Shown in pieces: positions 44,994-54,600 of a DNA stretch of 64,000 nt (the stretch's first letter is position 1; each line of letters begins with the position of its first letter). Below the pieces are notes generated by a model that was not told the origin of the DNA, made no database searches, and was given only the letters and a program-made list of their open reading frames with translations. The position numbers and the translations under genes were made by a program. Source of the DNA: Clostridia bacterium (GTDB lineage: Bacteria > Bacillota > Clostridia > Christensenellales > UBA1242); NCBI GenBank assembly GCA_017468205.1, contig JAFUJK010000013.1:2020-66019 (forward strand), in the 5' to 3' direction.

Positions 44994-47441
44994 ATGAAAG
45001 ATGAAAATAAGAAAAAGGCTAGCACAGGCAAGATTGATTTGGCTTCGTCTGGCGGTATTATCGAGTGCGGTATGGACCAAGTGCTTCACAATAGTATGAT
45101 GCCATACAGTGAGTTCGTTATTCTTGACCGCGCGCTCCCTCGTGTTGAAGACGGATTAAAGCCTGTTCAGCGCCGAATTCTATATGCAATGATGGAACTC
45201 GGGCTTACACCTGATAAGCCTTTCAAGAAGTCAGCGCGTATCGTTGGTGAGTGTTTGGGTAAATATCACCCTCACGGCGACACATCTGTTTATGATGCAA
45301 TGGTACGTATGGCGCAACCACACAATATGCGTGAGTGTCTTGTTCAAGGACACGGAAACTTTGGTAGCAATGACGGCGATAGTGCCGCTGCTATGCGTTA
45401 TACAGAAGCGCGTCTTGCGCCTCTCGCGCTTGAACTTTTGCGCGATTTGGATAAGGATACTGTTCGTTGGAGTCTTAACTTTGACGACACTATCAAAGAG
45501 CCTGATATGCTCCCTGGTCGTTTCCCAAATTTGCTTGTAAATGGTGCTAGCGGTATTGCCGTTGGTCTTGCAACAAATATTCCGCCACACAATTTGGCAG
45601 AAGTTATTGATGGTGTTGTTGCTTATATAGACAACCCAAAAATCACTTTAAAGCAAATGATGAAAATCATTAAAGGTCCAGACTTCCCAACAGGCGCTTT
45701 AATGACGACCGATGAACTTGAAAAAGCGTATCAGACGGGTAAGGGTAAGATTATGATGATTGCCAAATACCACATCGAGGAAGGCAAGAACGACAAGAAA
45801 AACATCGTAATCACAGAATTGCCTTATCAGGTCAACAAGGCGAAACTTTTGCAAAACATTGTTGAACTCAGCGACGAGAAAACGGGGGTTTTGACTGATA
45901 TTGCTGAAGTGCGTGATGAGTCTGACAGAAATGGAATGCGCGCCGTTATTACAATTAAGAAGGACGGCAACGTGAAGGCTGTTGTTGATAGTCTTATGAA
46001 AAGTACAGATATGCGTTGCAGTTTTGCAATTAATATGGTTGCCATTGCTGGTGCAAAACCAAAAACTTTGGGATTGATGGAGATTATCAGTTACTACGTC
46101 GAGTATCAACGTCAAATAATTTTGCGTCGTAGTAAATATGACCTTGAAGTAGCAAAAGAACGCAGTCATATTTTAGAAGGCTTGCTAATTGCGATTAAGA
46201 ATATTGATGAAGTTGTTAAAATAATTAAGAAAGCAGTTTCAACTGCTGATGCTAAAATGAAGTTAAAGGAAAGGTTTATTCTTTCTGAACGACAGGCGCA
46301 GGCAATTTTGGATATGCGTCTTGCTCGACTTACAAGCCTTGAAGTAAACAAAATAACTGACGAATTGAAGGAACTCAAACTTTTAATTGCAAAACTTACC
46401 GCAATTATCAAGAGCGAAGCTTTGCAATTTCAAACAGTTAAGGAAGAAATTCTCGATATTAAGAAAAAATATAAAAATCCACGCAGAACGCAAATCCTTG
46501 GCAAAGAGGAAACAATCGAGATTGAAACAGTTAAAGTTGATGTCCCTGTGCCAATGGTGTTAGGTCTTACAGCCGAAGGATATTTAAAGTGTTTTGAAGC
46601 CAAGACTTATAGTTCAGCGCAAAAAGACTTTAAGAATGGTGGCAATCTTTCACAAGTGCATACACAAATTCTTAATGTGAAGTCTGATAGTGATATTTTG
46701 GCATTTACAAGTGCTGGTTATATGATGAGATTTAACGTTTCAGACCTCCAACGCAACAAATATCGCGACAAGGGAACAAATCCAAGAGATATTTTTGTCG
46801 AATTTGGTTTTAATGAAAGAGTTGTGGCGTTAATTCCAGCCGAATTTGCAGAGGACGAAAAGCGCAATTTGCTTTTCTTTACTCGTGGCGGTATGGTTAA
46901 GAAAACAGCTTTCGCTGAATACAACACGGTAAAGAGTTATATCCAAGCTGTTAAGGTTCATGACGATGACGAAGTTACAAATGTCGAATTTGATGTGGAC
47001 GGGCACGATATGATTTTTGCGACTGCATATGGTCAAGTATTGTTTGCAACAAAGGACGATGTGCCAACACAGGGTAGAGTGTCTGGTGGTGTTAAGGGAG
47101 TGAATTTCTACGAAGGCGACTATTGTGTCTACGCAGGACTTACACCTGATGAGGGCGAAATGGTTGTTGTTACAGAACAAGGACTTGCAAAACGAGTTAT
47201 TCTTGCGCAAATTGACAAGTTGCCACGTTATCGTAAGGGTGTAAGATTAATCTTGTTGAGTAAGGACGATAAAATCACTTTTGCAACTTGTATCACAAAT
47301 CCAGCAGACCTCGTGTTGATTACGAACGCTGAAACAGTTGGATTAAATTCTGAAAAGATTGCAATTATCCCTCGTGAAAAGAAGGGTAATCCGCTTAAAA
47401 ATGTTGATAAGACTGTTTGCGGTTATAAAAATGTTAAATAA
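44994..47441 (+). CDS. Type IIA DNA topoisomerase subunit A (GyrA/ParC family, ParC-like features)
   Basis: Active-site region [20 protein letters not shown] and NFDDTIKEP resemble ParC more than GyrA (PVHRRVLYAM, NYDGSEREP) as I recall them. No QRRGGKG-type GyrA box is visible at the start of the C-terminal domain. Confidence 0.88.
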   Translation: MKDENKKKASTGKIDLASSGGIIECGMDQVLHNSMMPYSEFVILDRALPRVEDGLKPVQRRILYAMMELGLTPDKPFKKSARIVGECLGKYHPHGDTSVYDAMVRMAQPHNMRECLVQGHGNFGSNDGDSAAAMRYTEARLAPLALELLRDLDKDTVRWSLNFDDTIKEPDMLPGRFPNLLVNGASGIAVGLATNIPPHNLAEVIDGVVAYIDNPKITLKQMMKIIKGPDFPTGALMTTDELEKAYQTGKGKIMMIAKYHIEEGKNDKKNIVITELPYQVNKAKLLQNIVELSDEKTGVLTDIAEVRDESDRNGMRAVITIKKDGNVKAVVDSLMKSTDMRCSFAINMVAIAGAKPKTLGLMEIISYYVEYQRQIILRRSKYDLEVAKERSHILEGLLIAIKNIDEVVKIIKKAVSTADAKMKLKERFILSERQAQAILDMRLARLTSLEVNKITDELKELKLLIAKLTAIIKSEALQFQTVKEEILDIKKKYKNPRRTQILGKEETIEIETVKVDVPVPMVLGLTAEGYLKCFEAKTYSSAQKDFKNGGNLSQVHTQILNVKSDSDILAFTSAGYMMRFNVSDLQRNKYRDKGTNPRDIFVEFGFNERVVALIPAEFAEDEKRNLLFFTRGGMVKKTAFAEYNTVKSYIQAVKVHDDDEVTNVEFDVDGHDMIFATAYGQVLFATKDDVPTQGRVSGGVKGVNFYEGDYCVYAGLTPDEGEMVVVTEQGLAKRVILAQIDKLPRYRKGVRLILLSKDDKITFATCITNPADLVLITNAETVGLNSEKIAIIPREKKGNPLKNVDKTVCGYKNVK

Positions 47442-47482
47442 TATCAAAAATGCATAAGTCTTAATTTAATAAACTAAAACAT

Positions 47483-47510
47483 AAAAAACGGCGTGAGTGC
47501 CGTTTTTTTT
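47483..47510 (+). terminator. Rho-independent terminator
   Basis: AAAAAACGGC-gtgagt-GCCGTTTTTTTT. Confidence 0.75.
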
Positions 47511-47663
47511 GTGCTAATTTGATTTAGTGGTGAATATAAATAAGTTAGAACAGCAAAATATTCGACACCTAACACAAAAATTTGTCAATTTACGACAAAT
47601 ATCGTCAGTTCTCTTATTGAAATGGTGCGAAAATTTTTGCTAAACTATTTGTGTGAGGATTTT

Positions 47664-48437
47664 ATGAAATTTCTTGTAATAAAGCGAACAGTTATCTGGT
47701 CAGCGCTGACAGTGATTGTTCTTTGCGCTATTCTTGCGATGCCTCTCGGAGAAAATTCAATATCAGCGGTATTTTTCGGCGATAATTTGCGAAAAATTCC
47801 TGTATATAATGTTGCTACAACGGAAAAGCGCGTTGCAATTAGTTTTGATGCGGCGTGGGGCGCGGATAAAACTGAAAAGATTATGGAAATACTTAAAGAA
47901 TATGACGTAAACGCAACGTTTTTCTTGGTCGGTTTCTGGGCTGAAAAATATCCCGAGATTGTTAAGAAAATTCACGAAAATGGTTACGAAATAGGAACTC
48001 ACAGTAATACACACCCAGATATGACGAAATTGAGCGAAGAGCAAATCAGATTGGAATTGGAGCAATCCATAGCAAAGATTAAAAACGCGTCCCAAGAGGT
48101 TGATGTAAAACTTTTCCGTGCTCCTTATGGTGCTTATAACAACACACTAATTGATGTTGCGGAAAGTTTGAACTTGCAAACTATTCAATGGGATGTGGAC
48201 AGTCTTGACTGGAAAGGAATAAGCGGAAGCGAAATTTCAAACCGCATTTTGTCAAAAGTCAAGGAAGGCTCAATTATACTTTGCCATAACAATTCTGACC
48301 ACATTCTTGACGCATTACCAATCGTACTTGATAGGCTAAAATTACAAGGCTACACTGTTGGCTGTATTGGAGACCTTGTGTACAAGGATAATTTCACCAT
48401 TGACCGCGCGGGCGTGCAACATTTAAATACAAACTAA
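47664..48437 (+). CDS. Polysaccharide deacetylase (NodB homology domain, PdaA/PdaB-like) with signal anchor
   Basis: SFDAAWG ... ATFFLVG ... GTHSNTHPDM ... LFRAPYG are NodB motifs. The ATG at 47664 has a GAGGA SD. Confidence 0.85.
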   Translation: MKFLVIKRTVIWSALTVIVLCAILAMPLGENSISAVFFGDNLRKIPVYNVATTEKRVAISFDAAWGADKTEKIMEILKEYDVNATFFLVGFWAEKYPEIVKKIHENGYEIGTHSNTHPDMTKLSEEQIRLELEQSIAKIKNASQEVDVKLFRAPYGAYNNTLIDVAESLNLQTIQWDVDSLDWKGISGSEISNRILSKVKEGSIILCHNNSDHILDALPIVLDRLKLQGYTVGCIGDLVYKDNFTIDRAGVQHLNTN

Positions 48438-48454
48438 AAAACGGAGATTAACTT

Positions 48455-49135
48455 ATGACTTTTGAATTTAACAACAACAGAGTATATTTATGTGGCGAAA
48501 TTGCCAGTGAACCAGTTTTTAGCCACGAAGTTTACGGGGAAGGCTTTTACGACATCAATTTGCAAGTTGATAGATTGTCCGAGCAATACGACATTATCCC
48601 AATTACAATTTCAGAACGTTTGTTTAAAGATTGTGAACTTAAAATTGGCAATGTTTTAGCAATAAATGGTCAATTTCGTAGTTACAATAAGTTTGTGGAC
48701 GGTAAGAGTAAACTTATGCTTACTGTATTTGTACGAGAGATTATCGAACCAATCGCAAACCAAAATTGCAATATTATCGAACTTACAGGCTATATTTGCA
48801 AAGAACCTATCTATCGCACAACTCCTTTTAAACGTGAAATTTGTGATTGCTTACTTGCTGTTAATCGCGCTTACAACAAATCGGACTATTTGCCGTGCAT
48901 CGCGTGGGGTCGCAACGCACGTTTTGTGAGTGGCCTGACTGTTGGTGAAAAATTGTATCTTACAGGTAGAATTCAAAGCAGAGCATATCAAAAACGTCTT
49001 GATGACGATACGATAGAAACAAGAACCGCCTATGAAGTTTCTGTCAGCAAAGTATCCGACCAAGATAATCTGCAATATATTCTAAAACACGATGATGCAA
49101 GTTTTGATAATGTTGCAGAGGTTGCAAACAACTAA
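48455..49135 (+). CDS. SSB-like protein with two OB-fold-like halves
   Basis: Two halves show similar patterns (NRVYLCGEIASEPVF...INGQFRSY and IELTGYICKEPIYR...LTGRIQSRAY) typical of SSB/PriB OB folds. No acidic SSB tail. Confidence 0.5.
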   Translation: MTFEFNNNRVYLCGEIASEPVFSHEVYGEGFYDINLQVDRLSEQYDIIPITISERLFKDCELKIGNVLAINGQFRSYNKFVDGKSKLMLTVFVREIIEPIANQNCNIIELTGYICKEPIYRTTPFKREICDCLLAVNRAYNKSDYLPCIAWGRNARFVSGLTVGEKLYLTGRIQSRAYQKRLDDDTIETRTAYEVSVSKVSDQDNLQYILKHDDASFDNVAEVANN

Positions 49136-49301
49136 TCCCTTTAATAGATTTTTATATTGACGCGCCAGTTTGGCGTGTTTTTTTGTATATTTGGGCTTTT
49201 CTTGAATAAAAATACACGATGTTTTATCAAAAAGTAGACATAGTGTTATCTTTGTGGTATAATTTGTAATATAATTACATAAAAATGTGGAGAGGTTGAT
49301 T

Positions 49302-50969
49302 ATGGCTGATGAAATTAGTTTTGGTAAGAACATCGTTCGCAGAGTGAGTAATTTGGGCGTTTACACTCTGCCTGCAAATTCGTATAGTTTTGAAAAACTA
49401 ACTGATGCAGACAAAAAGTATTGTACTAGAATTGATATGAATAATGATGTCGTTGAAATTGGCGAGGGCTTTGCTAAAAATGCCAAGTTTGTGCGTACTG
49501 TTAACGTATCTGAAAATTTGAAGGGCATTGAAAAAGATGCTTTTAGTGGTTGTTCAAGAATTAAGAATATCAAACTTCCAAAAGGGCTTGAATACATCAA
49601 GGAAAATGCATTTTTTGAAACAAAGATAAATAACATCAGTCTTGGAAAAAGAGTGAAATTTATTGGCGAAAATGCTTTTGAAAACTGCAAGAAATTAAAA
49701 AGTTTTACAATTGACCCATTGAATGTTGAAATGACCTTAATAGGAGAGAATGCTTTTGCGGGGTGTAAAAATTTAAGACCTTTTGAGTTGCCTCAAACGA
49801 TTGAGGAAATTGGGGCAGGCGCGTTTGCTGGTTGTCGTAAGATTAAGTCGCTTACTGTCCCTGCTGAATGTCGCCTGATTGACGGAAACCCGTTCACTTC
49901 ATCTGCAATTAATAAGGATAACGGCAAGAAGCGCTTGCGCGACCGTTGGCACGCATATAATGCAAAAATTTATATTGACGGAATGCACCCAAATCCAATC
50001 AAAGCACGCAAATTTGAGTCAATGGTAACTTCTTTTGATGGTCGCCGTTTGATAAGAGCAAATGGACAAGTTTATATTGAGAATGACAAGGGCGGTTTTG
50101 ATGTCAAAACTCCAGAAACTTATGCTAAAATGGTGCTTGAACAACAAGAGGAAATGACAAACACGCAAATTTCCCCTGAGGCGTTTATTGCCTTTACAAA
50201 ACAACGATTTGGTGTCGAACTTGATGCGAGTCGAATTAGTGAAGCGCAAATGAAAGTCTTTGACACAAATAAGGAAGTTTTGAATATTGCGTTAACAAGC
50301 AAGTTAACGCAAAAAATTAATGTTGAGGAATTGAGGGAATTTGCCTATGGCTATCAAAAGAGTAAAGAATGCGAAGAATTAGCAAAGCAACGCGCAGACC
50401 AACGTTCGGAACGTGCACAACAAATTTATGACCAAAAGAAAGCTCAACTAGACGAAATTGAACATCAAAAGCAGTTAGAAGAAGACAAAAAACGCCAAGC
50501 AGAGGCAAACGCGCGTGAGCAGGCAGAGATTGCTAGACAGAAAAAACTAGACCAAATTAACAAAGAGAAGGAAGCAAAGAAGCAAGCTAAAGCCGAGAAA
50601 GAGAAAAAAGCAAGGGAAAGGGCGGAAAAGAAAAATTCAAAAAATAATGGTGAAGTTGAACTTCCACCGCATAGGAAACAAGCCGTTGATAGGGCAAGAG
50701 CTAATCAAGAGAAGTTTGAAGAATTGAAGAGGTTGGAGCGCGAGAAGGCAGAGCGTGAAGCGTTGGCGGCTGCTACGAATGCAGAAGCTGTGGTTGAAGA
50801 ATTTCCAGAACAAATAGTTAGCGAACAACCAATGATGCCTAATTATAATGGACAATCAACTCTAACCGCAAGTGCAGATTTAGGAAATAATGCAGAATTT
50901 TTTAGTGGCGAGTTGGATATGGGGAATCAAACCACTACAACAACAACTGAACGAGAAATGGGGCAGTAA
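49302..50969 (+). CDS. BspA-type leucine-rich-repeat protein with a long K/E/A/R-rich coiled-coil C-terminal region
   Basis: Repeats of IGE.AF..C..L..I.LP (e.g. IGENAFENCKKLKSFTI, IGENAFAGCKNLRPFELP, IGAGAFAGCRKIKSLTVP). The C-terminal part reads KKRQAEANAREQAEIARQKKLDQINKEKEAKKQAKAEKEKKARERAEKK. No signal peptide is seen. Confidence 0.7.
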   Translation: MADEISFGKNIVRRVSNLGVYTLPANSYSFEKLTDADKKYCTRIDMNNDVVEIGEGFAKNAKFVRTVNVSENLKGIEKDAFSGCSRIKNIKLPKGLEYIKENAFFETKINNISLGKRVKFIGENAFENCKKLKSFTIDPLNVEMTLIGENAFAGCKNLRPFELPQTIEEIGAGAFAGCRKIKSLTVPAECRLIDGNPFTSSAINKDNGKKRLRDRWHAYNAKIYIDGMHPNPIKARKFESMVTSFDGRRLIRANGQVYIENDKGGFDVKTPETYAKMVLEQQEEMTNTQISPEAFIAFTKQRFGVELDASRISEAQMKVFDTNKEVLNIALTSKLTQKINVEELREFAYGYQKSKECEELAKQRADQRSERAQQIYDQKKAQLDEIEHQKQLEEDKKRQAEANAREQAEIARQKKLDQINKEKEAKKQAKAEKEKKARERAEKKNSKNNGEVELPPHRKQAVDRARANQEKFEELKRLEREKAEREALAAATNAEAVVEEFPEQIVSEQPMMPNYNGQSTLTASADLGNNAEFFSGELDMGNQTTTTTTEREMGQ

Positions 50970-51001
50970 TTAGAAAAGAGAACGAATTTCGTCCTCTTTT
51001 T

Positions 51002-52753
51002 TTATTCAAGTGCTTGCTTTTTTTTGCGCTTTTTCACAATAGCGATGCAAACAGCAATGCATATTGCGAGAATTAATGTAACACCAACTAGAATGATACC
51101 AAGAATTTGCGTTCCGCTTAAAGTTCCATCATTTACAAAAGATTTGTGGCAATAACCGCTCTTAACTTCACCGTCAAGAATGTATTCAATTTTGCATACG
51201 TCATCTTTAATTTCGAGTAAAGTAATGCTAAAATTCTTTTCTAAATTATCAATCTCTTGTGTTAATGCACTATCTTGATATATAGTGGTTTTTGCACGTG
51301 TGCTTGCATTGCTAACCAACACATTTGCAAGCGCATTGTCGTCCGCAGAATTAATCACAGTTCTACTATCAACATAGCAAACAAAATTTTGCTCATTATC
51401 AATGACTTTTACTGCAATAAAGTTTGTCCCGTTTTTGTCGGTAGGATAGAGTGGTGAAGCGATAGTTTCTAAAATTGTACCATAACTAACTTTCTTCAAA
51501 CTTGGTGCGTAGGTTGTTTCACTTGGCTTAACACTATTTGGAAGGTTAAAAAGTTTTACATTAGATACAATAACAGTCAAGTTTTCGACTTCGTTTGCGT
51601 TATGAGTGAGGAGAGTGCTTTGATTTTTCAAAACATAGCCAGTTTTATATCCGTTTTCAAAGTTTGAATCAAGTACGTAATAGAATTTTTCATCATTATC
51701 GTCAAGAACTATCAAGTTTTTGGCTGACGAATAAGTGTGAATTGGTGTTTCTAGGCTTCTATACCCATAAAGAATGGCATTCTCATTTGTTGAAATTGCA
51801 TCAACCACTTCATTTTTCGTTGAGTATGTTGTTACATCAACAAGAGCAGGAAGAGAGAAATAATCAGTTACAAATTTAGTTTCATTTTGATAAAGCACTG
51901 TTTTTTTGCAGTTTTGATTTGTAGTAGAGTATATTGTTCCTGTTGTAAAGTCAAATGAGATATTATCAGCAGACAAAGCGATGCTGGTGGTGCTTTCACC
52001 AACTTTATATAGTGTGTTTTCGCTTAAATAAAAGATATTACCCAAAACGTCTACGGCAATGTCTGTAATTTCAGTAGTACTTTCAGCAACTTTTTCAAAT
52101 GTATTTTCACTAACATTGTATTTATAAATAGATGTATCAATACTAAAATATAAACTTGAACCGTCCTCATAAGCATAGAATCCGCCACCTGTGTAAGTCG
52201 CAGGAGTGCCTGAACCGTTAACATTTAGTGCTGTAAGGTAGAGAAGTTTGCTGTTTATTTTGTCAAGTTTTGTTAAATATGAACCAATGATTACAAAAGC
52301 CTCACCATTTGCTGTAACTGCAATATTTTTTTTATCCGTATGTGTTATTGCATTTTGTACTTCAGAGCCTGTGTCAGTTGTGTAATAGTGCGCAAGTTCG
52401 TCCAAACGCTCTTCCTCAATTGTTTCAAATGGGTCGTACAAGAACACAAAATCGTCTGATTGTGTAAAGAGCAATTTTTCGTCAATTACTCCAATTGAAA
52501 CAATAGGATTGCCAGTAGCCGAGAATAGTATTTCACTTTCTCCATCAACTGTTTTTGCGATATTTACACCATCAGTTGTGTACACCGCATCATCATAAGT
52601 TACATCATAAAAAGTCGAGAAAGTGGTCGTACCATCACTAACAGTAATGTCTTCACTGATTGTTGATGTCGCAAACAAAGGGGCAGAGCCAAGCCCAAGT
52701 GCTAGAATAAGCACACCAAAAAACATACTAATATAAGTTAATATCTTTTTCAT
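51002..52753 (-). CDS. Type I membrane protein: signal peptide, large ectodomain, SH3b-like pair, TM helix, basic tail
   Basis: N-terminus MKKILTYISMFFGVLILALGLGSAPLFA. C-terminus ILGIILVGVTLILAICIAVCIAIV followed by KKRKKKQALE. Confidence 0.65.
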   Translation of the reverse strand: MKKILTYISMFFGVLILALGLGSAPLFATSTISEDITVSDGTTTFSTFYDVTYDDAVYTTDGVNIAKTVDGESEILFSATGNPIVSIGVIDEKLLFTQSDDFVFLYDPFETIEEERLDELAHYYTTDTGSEVQNAITHTDKKNIAVTANGEAFVIIGSYLTKLDKINSKLLYLTALNVNGSGTPATYTGGGFYAYEDGSSLYFSIDTSIYKYNVSENTFEKVAESTTEITDIAVDVLGNIFYLSENTLYKVGESTTSIALSADNISFDFTTGTIYSTTNQNCKKTVLYQNETKFVTDYFSLPALVDVTTYSTKNEVVDAISTNENAILYGYRSLETPIHTYSSAKNLIVLDDNDEKFYYVLDSNFENGYKTGYVLKNQSTLLTHNANEVENLTVIVSNVKLFNLPNSVKPSETTYAPSLKKVSYGTILETIASPLYPTDKNGTNFIAVKVIDNEQNFVCYVDSRTVINSADDNALANVLVSNASTRAKTTIYQDSALTQEIDNLEKNFSITLLEIKDDVCKIEYILDGEVKSGYCHKSFVNDGTLSGTQILGIILVGVTLILAICIAVCIAIVKKRKKKQALE

Positions 52754-53061
52754 AGGTACAATTCCTTTAAATAATGGTTGTTATAAATATATTATATCAT
52801 AAAATTTAAAATTAAAAAACAAATAATAAGTAATTTTATAAAATTTTAAATAATTATTTAATAAAAAAAGTATTTATAAATATAAATTTTTTAGTTTACA
52901 AATTTTCAATTTTTAAAAAATAAAAATAAAATATGCAAAAATTTTCAAAAATTTTCAAAAAACATGTCCCAAGGTATTGACAAATGGTTTTTATATAGGA
53001 TAGAATGTTTGGCACAAGGGGGAAATTTTATTATATTTTGTCAAAAATTGGAGGAAACAAA

Positions 53062-53613
53062 ATGAGAAGATTAATTTGGGGAAAGACTTTGTTCGAGTCT
53101 TATAAATATATCGGTCGAGTTGTCGGGAGCATTGATAGGCTTGTCCTTGAATCAAGTGCTAATAGTTACACAACTTGTAGCAATACAAATGAAACACTTG
53201 ACAAAATGGAAGCAGTAATTGACTTAATTGAAAGAAAAAAACGCCTGCTAACAATCAAAATGATTATTGAAGAAGGCGTAAAAAATATGGATTACGATAG
53301 TGCAAAACTTTTGATTAGATATTACGTTGACAAGATGGATTCTAATTCAATAGCAGAGGAATTTGAGATGAATCGCAGAACGATTAATCGAAGAATTAAC
53401 AACGCAGTTTGTGATTGTATGCAAAAAATTTACAACCTAGGTTATAACTTAAAATTTTTTGAAACATTGCTTGAAAATGAGGGCTGGATTGTGGGATTGT
53501 ATAACAGTTATGTTGCAAGATACTTGCATAAAGATAAAACACTTGTTCCACTCTCGATTCCAAAATTGAAAAAAATTGACCGCCTCATAAACTCGGTTTA
53601 TGGACGAGTTTAG
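53062..53613 (+). CDS. Sigma-70 region-4-like / ArpU-RinA-like putative transcription regulator
   Basis: SAKLLIRYYVDKMDSNSIAEEFEMNRRTINRRINNAV resembles a region-4 HTH. GGAGGA SD before the ATG at 53062. Located just left of the phage head module. Confidence 0.45.
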   Translation: MRRLIWGKTLFESYKYIGRVVGSIDRLVLESSANSYTTCSNTNETLDKMEAVIDLIERKKRLLTIKMIIEEGVKNMDYDSAKLLIRYYVDKMDSNSIAEEFEMNRRTINRRINNAVCDCMQKIYNLGYNLKFFETLLENEGWIVGLYNSYVARYLHKDKTLVPLSIPKLKKIDRLINSVYGRV

Positions 53614-53648
53614 TATGTATAGTACTGTGCATAATACTTGCATAGTAC
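53614..53648 (+). repeat. Triple 12-mer repeat element, diverged copy C (starts directly after a TAG stop)
   Basis: TATGTATAGTAC TGTGCATAATAC TTGCATAGTAC. Confidence 0.55.
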
Positions 53649-53669
53649 TTTAATTTATCGTAAAAATGG

Positions 53670-54485
53670 CTAAAAATCAAAGTCATCACTATCTTTTTTG
53701 TCTGGAAGTGATAATTTATTGAGTTGCGCAATTTGACGAGAGGCTTCGCGTTTTTTCTTGCGTCGTTCAGGTCTAAATACCAAAATTAACAAAATTATAG
53801 CAGGGATTGATAGTCCCAATATTAATAAAATATTTGACCCTGTTTGAAGTTCGGGAGCAATTATCGTGTCAGTATTTACTGATGCACTTGGTTCCGTTTC
53901 GACTTCTTCATAATTAGGTGAGATTTCGGTTAAGTCTTTTGTGAGTGGCGCGTAAACATATCCCGTTAAGACGCCTTGTTCAAAACTCACATAGCGACAA
54001 AAATACCATATATCACTTAATTGAGAATTTGATTGCTCGCCCGCAATGCTTCCGAAGTATTCAATTTCTGTGGCATTGAAAGGTATTGTCCCAATATAGT
54101 CTCCATTAGTCGTAGGCTCATTGCGCATTACTAAATTTGCTACACCTTGAACGCTAAAATTTTGTGTTGGCGCATATGGAGTTTGTGGGGTGGAATATAT
54201 GCGTTGTACATCACTAGCGAGGACATAGCCAGTGAAGTCTTTGTACGTTACATTCAAAAATTGTTCGTCAAATGTTGAATTAAAAAGTACAAAATACGTG
54301 GTTGGCAAATAGAAATAAACGTTACTGCTTTCGTTGCTTTCAAGCGGGGTGCGATATAAAACTGTATTCTCACTTATGACCCTATAGTAAATCGGTTCGC
54401 TTGCTTTTGATGGCACAATATTACAAAAATATGAGAAATTAAAAATGCATAAAAATGCAAGTGCAGTAAATAAAATTTTGCGCAT
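53670..54485 (-). CDS. Type I membrane protein with two SH3b-like domains, TM helix and basic/acidic tail
   Basis: Signal-like MRKILFTALAFLCIFNF, with GGAG 6 nt before the ATG at 54485. SH3b-like patterns: YRVISENTVLYRTP...GYVLASDV and ANLVMRNEPTT...GYVYAPL. TM helix ILLILGLSIPAILLILVF followed by RPERRKKKRE. Confidence 0.6.
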   Translation of the reverse strand: MRKILFTALAFLCIFNFSYFCNIVPSKASEPIYYRVISENTVLYRTPLESNESSNVYFYLPTTYFVLFNSTFDEQFLNVTYKDFTGYVLASDVQRIYSTPQTPYAPTQNFSVQGVANLVMRNEPTTNGDYIGTIPFNATEIEYFGSIAGEQSNSQLSDIWYFCRYVSFEQGVLTGYVYAPLTKDLTEISPNYEEVETEPSASVNTDTIIAPELQTGSNILLILGLSIPAIILLILVFRPERRKKKREASRQIAQLNKLSLPDKKDSDDFDF

Positions 54486-54600
54486 AGTAAACTCCATTTA
54501 TATTTTAGCAGATAGTAATTGTTACTATATATGCAATTATTGTTATTTTTACGAATTTTAAACCTATTGTTGACGAATTTTATAAATTTTGGTGGATTAA

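Noticed and set aside
44637-45089. 150 aa minus-strand ORF spanning the junction between topoisomerase subunits B and A
   Set aside because: It is antisense to two conserved genes and has no RBS.
45231-47210. Multiple antisense or alternate-frame ORFs inside the subunit A gene (for example 45699..46169)
   Set aside because: They are shadow ORFs within a conserved gene.
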